In this document: positions 56,321 through 64,000 of the stretch, in pieces
How the letters are laid out: each line of letters begins with the position of its first letter
How positions within the stretch are numbered: the first letter of the stretch is position 1
Assembly: GCA_964572155.1 (NCBI GenBank)
Contig: CAZNDZ010000003.1
Coordinates: 138,224-202,223 of the forward strand
DNA from: an uncultured Planctomycetales bacterium
GTDB lineage: Bacteria; Omnitrophota; Gorgyraeia; Zapsychrales; Fredricksoniimonadaceae
Direction: 5' to 3'
DNA: 64,000 bases
Translations under genes and position numbers: made by a program
The notes under the pieces: model-generated
Seen by the model: the letters and a program-made list of their open reading frames with translations, nothing else
The model's database searches: none
What the model was told of the DNA's origin: nothing

Positions 56321-57829
56321 TTAAACAGTAGAGGTTTCCAAAATCTTGCGTTTTAATTTAATTTGCGTCGACTTCAATGTTTCATCGACAGCAATTTGAC
56401 CGAACTTTGTCTTTAATAAATCTAAGAATTTAGGATTCGTGTGATACTTCATCCATGCTTCATCACGGAATGCCAAAACTTGGTTTGCACTTAAATATTT
56501 TGTCGGCAAAGGTTGGCATTCATAGGAATGCTGTGAAAACCCTGCATAACTCGACGGGAGTTTCCAACCTTCTTTCTTGGCAATCCCATACAAAGGGCTA
56601 CCTGGATAAGCCATGGCTGAATAAAAATTAGCTTCTTCGGTATTCATTTCAATCGCCAAATCAAGCGTCATCTTCATGCTGTCAATATCATCTTCAGGAA
56701 GACCAAAGATATAATTACCAATGACATTGATGCCATGATCGCGAATTTTCTTAACGACGGCATGAATATCCACATCATCAAATCGACCCTTGGTCACATC
56801 TTTACGCACACGGGTATTGCCGCTTTCAATCCCTAAAGCCAACCAATTAACCCCTGCCTTCTTTAATGTGGCTAAATATTGGTCTTTAACGGTATCGACA
56901 CGTGAATAACACCAGATATTAAATTTATAACCGCGCTCAATGATCATTTCGCAAATGCGCATGAAGTGATCCGCACGTAAAACGAAAAGCTCGTCGGCAA
57001 TTTTAATATTCGTAATGCCCTGAGAAGCAAAGAAATCAAATTCTTTAATGATATGCTCTGGATCCCAATAACGGAAAACTGCCGAACCGTCGGAGAATTC
57101 ATTCTCTTGACGATTGATGATATTAATCATACAGAAAGAACATTTCATCGGGCAACCAAGCGACGTGTATAACGCGGCAAACGGTTGACGCTGTGAATTA
57201 TTCGGATACGAATGCCACAATGCGGTGCGATAATTCTTTATCGGTAATAAATCCCAAGCAATGCCTGGCATTTCACGCGGCAAATCTGCTTTTGCGACAA
57301 TGGGCGATGGTTTATTTAAAACAATTTGACCATCTTTTCTCCAACCTAACCCATCGACTAAATCCAACTTATCTTTCAAATTGGTTTTAAGTAAATTTGA
57401 TAACGTGTAAACCCCTTCGTTTTGACAAACGAAATCAATGGCAGGATGATTTTCTAATACTTCACGCGATAATGCTGATATATGACCACCGACAAATGCA
57501 ATTTTAATCGATGACGCATTAGCTTTAACCAATTCAGCTAAACCAATCGCGCCGGCCATATTTTGAGAACTGGCTGATGGTTGTTGACCGTAAACAACAA
57601 AACAAACAACCTTAGGGTTAGCTTCTTTGATCTTACTGGCAGCTTGCTCATCGCTTAAATGCAAGGCTTCCGCATCTAAAATATCGACGGAGAAACCTTT
57701 AACACGGCAATGACTGGCCAACATGCCCGCCCAAATAGGAGGCTCTATCGCCGAATAATCTTTCGCTAAATCTTGGTAGATTTTGCGTGAAGCGTTGGGA
57801 TGAACAAAGAGGATATCGAGTTGGCTCAT
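56321..57829 (-). CDS. Cobalamin-binding (class B) radical SAM enzyme, candidate sugar C-methyltransferase
   Basis: 502 aa; N-terminal B12-binding-like Rossmann domain; CPMKCSFC (CxxxCxxC) radical SAM cluster motif. Confidence 0.8.
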   Translation of the reverse strand: MSQLDILFVHPNASRKIYQDLAKDYSAIEPPIWAGMLASHCRVKGFSVDILDAEALHLSDEQAASKIKEANPKVVCFVVYGQQPSASSQNMAGAIGLAELVKANASSIKIAFVGGHISALSREVLENHPAIDFVCQNEGVYTLSNLLKTNLKDKLDLVDGLGWRKDGQIVLNKPSPIVAKADLPREMPGIAWDLLPIKNYRTALWHSYPNNSQRQPFAALYTSLGCPMKCSFCMINIINRQENEFSDGSAVFRYWDPEHIIKEFDFFASQGITNIKIADELFVLRADHFMRICEMIIERGYKFNIWCYSRVDTVKDQYLATLKKAGVNWLALGIESGNTRVRKDVTKGRFDDVDIHAVVKKIRDHGINVIGNYIFGLPEDDIDSMKMTLDLAIEMNTEEANFYSAMAYPGSPLYGIAKKEGWKLPSSYAGFSQHSYECQPLPTKYLSANQVLAFRDEAWMKYHTNPKFLDLLKTKFGQIAVDETLKSTQIKLKRKILETSTV

Positions 57830-57831
57830 AT

Positions 57832-58761
57832 TTAGATATTCGCGTACTGGTTGCGTTTAATGACTTGGTAGCCTTTGATGAGTTCAGCGATGCCAGCTTG
57901 CAAGCTTACACTTGTTCTAAAGCCTGTTTTTTCAATCTTTTCATTGCTGACAATGTAATCGCGCTTATCTGGATCTTCGCCGATGGTTGCTTCCACAAAA
58001 TAAAAATCAGGAACTAACTTTTTAATCTCTTGGCACAACTGCAATTTTGTTAAATTTGCATCACTAAGTCCAACATTATAGGGTTGCTTTTTCATCTTGT
58101 CAAAATTATTCAACCCATGAACGAAAGCGCGGGAAATATCGCGCACGTGAATGTAGTTACGGTTAAAATGCGCTTCAAATAAAACCACAAAACGATCATA
58201 CACCGCACGATAGGTAAAATCATTAACCAACAAATCTAATCGCATGCGAGGTGAAACGCCAAACGCAGTGGCTAAACGCAACGTGATGCCGCCTGCATCT
58301 AAGATAGCATTTTCAGCGTCCACTTTAAGTTTTCCGTACAAAGAAATTGGACGCAATGGTGTCTCCTCGGTGCAATGCTTGCCCTTTTCACCCACCCCAT
58401 AACCGCTATTGGTGGTTGGGAAAATCATCATTTGCTCTTTAGACTTCAAATCAATGATCATGTTAATGGAATCTAACAAGATGGTCGTCGCACCCACAGG
58501 ATCTTTGGCACATAATGGCGCGCCGGTTAAACAAGCCAGTGGAAAGATCGCATCAACGCTCTTCATCAGTTTAGTGATTAAGACTTTATCGCGCGTATCC
58601 CCACGAATGATCGTCAATTTTGGATGATGGCAGCAATCAAGCAGCGAAGATTGATTGTACATAAAGTTATCTAAGGCAATGACCTCGTGCCCTTCGTTTA
58701 ACAAAATTGGCGTTAAAACCGACCCAATATACCCTGCCGCACCCGTAACTAAAATTTTCAT
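57832..58761 (-). CDS. NAD-dependent epimerase/dehydratase family SDR
   Basis: MKILVTGAAGYIGS, YGKLK catalytic YxxxK. Confidence 0.8.
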   Translation of the reverse strand: MKILVTGAAGYIGSVLTPILLNEGHEVIALDNFMYNQSSLLDCCHHPKLTIIRGDTRDKVLITKLMKSVDAIFPLACLTGAPLCAKDPVGATTILLDSINMIIDLKSKEQMMIFPTTNSGYGVGEKGKHCTEETPLRPISLYGKLKVDAENAILDAGGITLRLATAFGVSPRMRLDLLVNDFTYRAVYDRFVVLFEAHFNRNYIHVRDISRAFVHGLNNFDKMKKQPYNVGLSDANLTKLQLCQEIKKLVPDFYFVEATIGEDPDKRDYIVSNEKIEKTGFRTSVSLQAGIAELIKGYQVIKRNQYANI

Positions 58762-59687
58762 ATACTACCCTTTCTATACCATTGAATTGTTTGGCTAATA
58801 CCTTGCTCTAAATTGATTTTGGGCGACCATCCCAAATTCTTTATACGCTCATTATCCATCAATTTACGTAAAGTTCCGTCAGGCTTTGTTGTATCAAAAA
58901 CAATCTTACCTTTAAACCCAGCGATTTGTGCGATCATTTTTGCTAAATCTTTGATGCTAATATCGTCCCCGCTGCCCATGTTGATTAATTGAGCATCGTT
59001 ATATTTATTCATGAGCAATATACAGGCATCGACAAAATCATCGACATATAAAAACTCACGGCGGGCTTTGCCTGTGCCCCAAACTTCGACGGTTGGGCTA
59101 TTTTTCTCAACAGCTTGAGTAAACTTTGCCATCAACGAGCCCATGACATGCGCATTAGCTAAATCATCGTCACTACCTGGGCCATAAAGCGTTGCAGGAA
59201 CTGCAACAATGGCATTAAATCCATATTGAGCACGATACGCTTGCGCCATTATGGTGCCAGCAATTTTAGCGACGGAATAAGGAGCGCTGCTTGATTCAAG
59301 CGATCCCGTTAACAAGGATTCTTCTTTAATCGGCTGTTTAGCCAAGGCAGGATACGCGCAAGAACCTGTGAAATATAATAATTTCTTAACCTTATGAGTA
59401 TAGGCCGCATGCATGACATGACTTTGGGCCATGCAATTTTCATAGATGAATTCGGCAGGCATCTTTAGATTTGCACCAATTCCGCCGGAACGGATCGAAC
59501 CTAAAAATACATATTCTGGTTGCTCGGCTTTAAAGAACTTTGCAACCTTGGACGCATCTAAGACATCTATTTTATTAAAGTTGTTAGAATACACATGATC
59601 AAACCCACGCGAACGTAAACCTGATACCAAAGAATTTTCGATGGCTTCCTTATGTCCGACGATAAAAATGCGTGAATTTTTCTGCAT
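58758..59687 (-). CDS. GDP-L-fucose synthase-like (GDP-4-keto-6-deoxy-sugar 3,5-epimerase/4-reductase, Fcl/WcaG family)
   Basis: RIFIVGHKEAIENSL, PYSVAKIAG, TLYGPGSDD motifs match Fcl family. Confidence 0.8.
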   Translation of the reverse strand: MQKNSRIFIVGHKEAIENSLVSGLRSRGFDHVYSNNFNKIDVLDASKVAKFFKAEQPEYVFLGSIRSGGIGANLKMPAEFIYENCMAQSHVMHAAYTHKVKKLLYFTGSCAYPALAKQPIKEESLLTGSLESSSAPYSVAKIAGTIMAQAYRAQYGFNAIVAVPATLYGPGSDDDLANAHVMGSLMAKFTQAVEKNSPTVEVWGTGKARREFLYVDDFVDACILLMNKYNDAQLINMGSGDDISIKDLAKMIAQIAGFKGKIVFDTTKPDGTLRKLMDNERIKNLGWSPKINLEQGISQTIQWYRKGSI

Positions 59688-59691
59688 GCAA

Positions 59692-60276
59692 TTACTGGCT
59701 GGTTTTCATACCTTTGGCATAATACTCTTCGTTATAGTAGTTGCCGTGTTCAATGATGAGCGTCGACTTTCCGTCGGTGCGCGTTAATGCTTTCTGATAT
59801 GCTGGGAAAATTTGATCCGCTGTATCAAGTTCAATGACTTCGATCCAATGAAATAATGCACGAAATGCTTGTGCGTAATTCCCAATATGTTGATGCCCTG
59901 GGTGCACTGGCGCATCAGGACCTGTTGCCACTCTAATGATAACTTTAATCGGCCATTTACCTTCGCTGACATCTGGCATCTTATCAATCATATTAGCCAT
60001 ATCCGCCGCCGCTAACATCAAAAAGTTTTGTCTAGGATAAACCGAAACAGGTATATATCCTGCCAATGCCATCCCTAAGGTAAACTGCATTTGAAAGCTT
60101 TCATTGATGGGCATTTCAAGCGTGCGGTCTTTAGGGCAATCCCTCAAGGTTTGAAACATGAATGTGCCAGGCCCTGCAACGGTTTGACCAACAAACTGCA
60201 CCTTATCTTGAGTGGCAAGCCACTCCATGGTGCGTTTTAATTCATCAAAATATTTGAGTTGTGTGGATGTTTCCAT
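59692..60276 (-). CDS. Transketolase-like TPP enzyme, pyrimidine-binding (Pyr) domain subunit
   Basis: INESFQMQFTLGMALAG (catalytic Glu region like TK VREFGM) and GPDAPVHPGHQ. Confidence 0.55.
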   Translation of the reverse strand: METSTQLKYFDELKRTMEWLATQDKVQFVGQTVAGPGTFMFQTLRDCPKDRTLEMPINESFQMQFTLGMALAGYIPVSVYPRQNFLMLAAADMANMIDKMPDVSEGKWPIKVIIRVATGPDAPVHPGHQHIGNYAQAFRALFHWIEVIELDTADQIFPAYQKALTRTDGKSTLIIEHGNYYNEEYYAKGMKTSQ

Positions 60277-60278
60277 AA

Positions 60279-60890
60279 TTAGAACTTAATGAGCTTACCC
60301 AAACCTGAATGTGGATAGCCGTTGGTGTATTTGAAATATATGATCTTCTTTTCGTATTTTGTCCCCTTAAACCAAGGATCAGGTGAGCCCCATGTTTCGC
60401 GGGTATTGGTCATGACGGACACACCATTATCTCCGACGATAAAGACCGCTGGTAAATCAAAATTACAAGCATATTTAACCGCTTCATGGAAAATGCCTGT
60501 TTCAGCTGACATATCACCACAAAAAAGAAAAGCCCGACCTTTTTTACCTTGATTCTTAAGCGACCATGCGACCCCTGTAGCCGTACCCATTAAGGAACCG
60601 ACAATACCTGAGCATAAAACTTTCTTTTCAGGGAAACATAAAGAAATGCTGCGACCTCTAAGAATCGCATCTTTGACATCTTTGGCAGGAACACCTTTAA
60701 GTAACGCTAATTCATGCGAATCCCAGAATCCAAAAATATAATCATCATCATTGATATCATAATCTTTGAATATTTGAATTAACGCATCTTCACGGCCAGA
60801 ACGCAAATGCACAGGTGCACGGATAACGCCTGTTGCAAAAACGTCAGCAATATCTTTTTCAAAAGCAATGATTTCTTCTTTAGTTAACAT
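60279..60890 (-). CDS. Transketolase-like TPP enzyme, diphosphate-binding (PP) domain subunit
   Basis: APVHLRSGREDAL and FLFCGDMSAETGIFHEAVKYA...VFIVGDNG TPP-binding GDG-X-N motif. Confidence 0.65.
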   Translation of the reverse strand: MLTKEEIIAFEKDIADVFATGVIRAPVHLRSGREDALIQIFKDYDINDDDYIFGFWDSHELALLKGVPAKDVKDAILRGRSISLCFPEKKVLCSGIVGSLMGTATGVAWSLKNQGKKGRAFLFCGDMSAETGIFHEAVKYACNFDLPAVFIVGDNGVSVMTNTRETWGSPDPWFKGTKYEKKIIYFKYTNGYPHSGLGKLIKF

Positions 60891-60925
60891 AAACGTTGGT
60901 TAGTATAACAAAGTCACTATTTTGG

Positions 60926-61558
60926 TCAAGCCAAAATAGGCAATATTAGTCTCCTTAAGAATAATCCAATACTCCCCCACATAGTGATAAACCATAACGG
61001 CAAGCCTATGACATGAACTCCTGGGTATCCCCAAATCCCAAAACCAACCCCGACATATTCAATAACAGCGCCCATCAAAACAAAATATCCTACATAGATT
61101 AAATCATATCGCTCATGAAAGAAAATTAGACTTAAACCCATTAAAGCAAAGGTCACATACGTCAATAATGATTGATCTGCAATGCATGAAAAACTTAATG
61201 CAAACCCCACGGCAAACATCCCAGCTACTATTTTATTGGTTTTAGGTTGTGGCCCACCCAATAATCGCAATCCATGTAATACATAAAAACCATACATCAA
61301 ACATTCCCATACAGGAATACCAAGAAAGTCTGGGTTTTTAAAATAAAACACACCTTGTTTCACCGCCATGACATCTAAGACAGAGAATACTGAACAAACA
61401 CTAAAAAATAAGATGATCTCCTGAAAGACTAGCGGATTAAATGTGATCAGCCACAGAACACAAAAAGCGACCGCTTTAACATAATTCCCAGGAACCACAA
61501 CCAAAATGGCGATGGTTAGTATCAGTTGGGTTATGTATTTTAACTGTTGAGAGTTCAA
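60926..61558 (-). CDS. Small polytopic membrane protein of unknown function, translationally coupled (ATGA) to the FAD oxidase gene
   Basis: 210 aa; about 6 TM helices. Confidence 0.45.
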   Translation of the reverse strand: MNSQQLKYITQLILTIAILVVVPGNYVKAVAFCVLWLITFNPLVFQEIILFFSVCSVFSVLDVMAVKQGVFYFKNPDFLGIPVWECLMYGFYVLHGLRLLGGPQPKTNKIVAGMFAVGFALSFSCIADQSLLTYVTFALMGLSLIFFHERYDLIYVGYFVLMGAVIEYVGVGFGIWGYPGVHVIGLPLWFITMWGSIGLFLRRLILPILA

Positions 61559-63192
61559 TTGGCAGAATAGCGACGAGGCGCAATGATCCCTTGAGGGTCA
61601 ATCGCATCTTTAATTGTTTTTTGCATCGCCCAAAATGTTTTATCCACGTTAACCAAATCCCCCATCATGTCAATATTGGCACGATATGGAAAGAACCCAA
61701 GTTTACGACCCTCTTCTAAAAGCTCAGCAAAACACGCCTTGGCTTGAGCGACTTCCGTTGGATTTTGTGGATTAAATAAAATCGGCACCGTGCTATCAAA
61801 ACATCGGTCTGATAACGTCGTCAAGGTAATGAGCGGCTCTATGCGATGCTTCACGCAAACTTGATTCACAAAATCAACATACGTACGCACGGTTTCTGGC
61901 TTCATGGGCACTAAGGGTGCATACCATATCAAACCACAACCATCTCGTGCGGGATTAAGTTCTGAAGTATCAGGCAATCCCAACGGCATCTTGCGATAAC
62001 ACAACGGCAAGGCGATTTGATTGGGCCTTCCCTCTAAGATATCAAAAGATAATTTCATTTTTTGAATACGGTTTAATGATGTCTTTGTCCATTGCGCTGG
62101 TAAACATGATAAAATCTTCTCTAGGAAATTTAATTGTCCTCGAGAAAGAAAAATCAATCGCTTGGTGTGTGGATAAACTTTATTGCGCAACACCCGCTTG
62201 GCAACATCCACCATTTCTTTCTTACCATAAAATGATCCCAAACATGTCCATGGTGCAAAATCCATATCTGTTGCCATCTTCTTTAGGATGTTGACATAAT
62301 TAGCTGGGTCTTTATCAATTTCTTCAAACGGATAATATGCGCTCATCGATAAAAGGCGCAAAGAATTCATAATATTGATAGATCCCGTCACCCCGCCAAT
62401 CTCGCGCAATGTCTCACGCACCAAAGCCACGGCTTTCTCAAGGTTCTTTTCATCACGCATCTCAAAGATAAATGCCCCGACCGACTCCGGACGCGCAGCT
62501 AATTGAATGGTGATCTTGGTGACTATGCCAAAGTTACTTTGGGTAAATAATCCATCTAAATAAGGGCCAATGCCCCACTTAAATATCTGGTCAACATTAA
62601 TGCAGTCTTGTTCATAGATGGCTGAATGATAGATGCTCCCATCGGGAAGCACGGCCTCTAAACTCATGAGCGATAAGAAATGATCTGAAATAGGCGTTAA
62701 TCCATAGCCGCGTTCTAAGGCATTCCCTAAAATACTTGCATGAGGACCAGCACCTGTGACGGGCGTTAAATATGCATCATCATGTTCTTTAAGGAACTTA
62801 GACAACAATTCTTGCGTTACCCCAGGCTCAACGGAAACAGTACCGAGATCCGCATCAAACTCTACGATGCGATCCATCCCTGAAAGATCTAAGATAACAC
62901 AGCCATTGGTCACTGGGTTGGCTGAACCATATCCCCAATTATTCCCCTTGCTTATTGGATACAGCGGCACTTGATATGTCGATGCCACTTTAACGATGGC
63001 CACAATCTCGTCAGTTGTCTTTGCTTGTAACGTACAGAAAATTTGGCGCGGCGCACATGCGGTTGTATCTTGAGTGTATTTAACCAAAGCCTCTTGATTC
63101 ATTAAGACGCGAGCATCACCTAAAATTTTTTGCCAGCTAACAATCGCTTGATTAATCTGTGTCATGTCGGTCATTGGACAATCCTTCTCCAC
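61555..63192 (-). CDS. FAD-linked oxidase (PCMH/vanillyl-alcohol-oxidase superfamily, FAD_binding_4 domain)
   Basis: 545 aa; N-terminal FAD-binding region TTDEIVAIVKVASTYQVPLYPISKGNNWGYGSANP. Confidence 0.8.
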   Translation of the reverse strand: MEKDCPMTDMTQINQAIVSWQKILGDARVLMNQEALVKYTQDTTACAPRQIFCTLQAKTTDEIVAIVKVASTYQVPLYPISKGNNWGYGSANPVTNGCVILDLSGMDRIVEFDADLGTVSVEPGVTQELLSKFLKEHDDAYLTPVTGAGPHASILGNALERGYGLTPISDHFLSLMSLEAVLPDGSIYHSAIYEQDCINVDQIFKWGIGPYLDGLFTQSNFGIVTKITIQLAARPESVGAFIFEMRDEKNLEKAVALVRETLREIGGVTGSINIMNSLRLLSMSAYYPFEEIDKDPANYVNILKKMATDMDFAPWTCLGSFYGKKEMVDVAKRVLRNKVYPHTKRLIFLSRGQLNFLEKILSCLPAQWTKTSLNRIQKMKLSFDILEGRPNQIALPLCYRKMPLGLPDTSELNPARDGCGLIWYAPLVPMKPETVRTYVDFVNQVCVKHRIEPLITLTTLSDRCFDSTVPILFNPQNPTEVAQAKACFAELLEEGRKLGFFPYRANIDMMGDLVNVDKTFWAMQKTIKDAIDPQGIIAPRRYSAN

Positions 63193-63854
63193 ATCGAAAA
63201 GAAGTCGTAGAATTTAATGATAAACCAATTGATAAAAAACCATGCATAAACAAACAAGAAACCTAATGGAAAAACTGCGTGGCCATAATCAGGCAAGAAA
63301 TCAATGACACTTAAATAACAAATCACATACCCCAATAACATGAGCCGTATTTTATTTCGCTCAACACGATCTTGCGCTCTACCTAAATGCACAACCAAAT
63401 TAACAAGTGCCATCAAACCAAAAATACCAAAGTATACTAAGAATATTGGATGCAATACCCCTGCATTAAACCAGAAACCCCAAGGATATACACGCGCCTG
63501 ATCAACCAACAAGTTTGTTGCTAACAACGGGATAAAAAGAACTGCTCCGACGTAATATCCCATCTTAATAAACTTACGTTGTGCCTCTATCTGAAGAAAA
63601 CTAACCACCAATTGATAGGAAGCCACGGATAAAAAAACGCAACCGATGTACGCAATGCGCGAAAAGAATGTTGCCGCAACCACGTCATGTGCCGTTAGCA
63701 CAAAAAAACTACCCATCTGCCAAACAAATCCACAGAACACCTGAACCAAAAAAGCATCTCGGGTCAATGACTTCTCATGCCTGCCTAAAACAAAGGCTGC
63801 CATCACCAAACAAAGGCATGAACAAAACAAATACCCTAATGCTAAACCACTCAT
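63171..63854 (-). CDS. Polytopic membrane protein of unknown function (7-TM)
   Basis: 227 aa; 7 hydrophobic helices; ATGA overlap with upstream partial gene. Confidence 0.45.
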   Translation of the reverse strand: MSGLALGYLFCSCLCLVMAAFVLGRHEKSLTRDAFLVQVFCGFVWQMGSFFVLTAHDVVAATFFSRIAYIGCVFLSVASYQLVVSFLQIEAQRKFIKMGYYVGAVLFIPLLATNLLVDQARVYPWGFWFNAGVLHPIFLVYFGIFGLMALVNLVVHLGRAQDRVERNKIRLMLLGYVICYLSVIDFLPDYGHAVFPLGFLFVYAWFFINWFIIKFYDFFSMWRRIVQ

Positions 63855-64000
63855 AATATTTCCTTAAAATAATTCATCGTGCGTTGAATGCCGTCTTCAA
63901 GTGGAACCTTAGGTTCCCACTTTAATGCCTTACGTGCCAAGGTGATATCTGGTTTGCGTTGCTTTGGATCATCTTTTGGTAAAGGCTCAAAAACAATTTT
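63851..64000 (-). CDS. Partial (3-prime end) SDR gene, UDP-glucuronate decarboxylase (UXS/ArnA-C-terminal)-like
   Basis: C-terminal peptide [45 protein letters not shown] matches UXS C-terminal consensus. Confidence 0.65.
   Translation of the reverse strand, partial: KIVFEPLPKDDPKQRKPDITLARKALKWEPKVPLEDGIQRTMNYFKEIL

Overview
This is an AT-rich (judged by eye), gene-dense bacterial chromosomal segment with very short intergenic gaps and many 4-nt start/stop overlaps. It is probably Gram-negative: it carries a TonB-dependent receptor, GDP/ADP-heptose pathway genes and a GT9 heptosyltransferase. Almost the whole window is one accessory surface-glycan super-locus, interrupted by small housekeeping islands (metF, gap, fmt-priA) and a higBA toxin-antitoxin cassette.

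Main modules:
1. 52-6609: nonulosonic-acid (pseudaminic/legionaminic-type) module with PseB dehydratase, NeuB/PseI-family synthase, two GNATs, a Zn-ribbon methyltransferase and an RmlD-like reductase.
2. 7242-28294: an unusually dense array of about 9 large polytopic GT-C-like (PMT_2/ArnT/YfhO-like) membrane proteins. It also holds two Dpm1/GtrB-like polyprenyl-phosphate-sugar synthases, two tandem Zn-ribbon SAM methyltransferases, a GDP-sugar reductase-like SDR and an OafA-type acyltransferase. This looks like an expanded lipid-linked-sugar glycosylation toolkit.
3. 29143-31280: a cobalamin riboswitch controlling a BtuB-like TonB receptor.
4. 34023-35989: tandem GalT-like HIT paralogs, one with the nucleophilic His replaced by Arg.
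5. 38483-40168: a PriA with a degenerate Walker A motif.
6. 40165-45539: an LPS-core-like block (GmhB, GT9, WaaE-like GT2, DegT, GT28-like).
7. 46276-49955: a PatA/PatB/Ape-like O-acetylation module, consisting of a MBOAT, an SGNH hydrolase split by a large TPR insertion, and a divergent SGNH esterase.
8. 51512-63854: a putative modified-GDP-heptose pathway. It has HddA kinase, HddC nucleotidyltransferase, a ColD/E1-type His-variant DegT 3-dehydratase, an Fcl-like epimerase/reductase and SDR, a GT4 and an O-methyltransferase. It also has a cobalamin-binding radical-SAM enzyme, a split minimal transketolase-like TPP enzyme and an FAD-linked oxidase, which together suggest an undescribed branched or C-methylated deoxy-higher-sugar.

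No rRNA, tRNA, CRISPR array or transposase/integrase genes were seen. My positions read from the raw sequence may be off by 1 nt in places.
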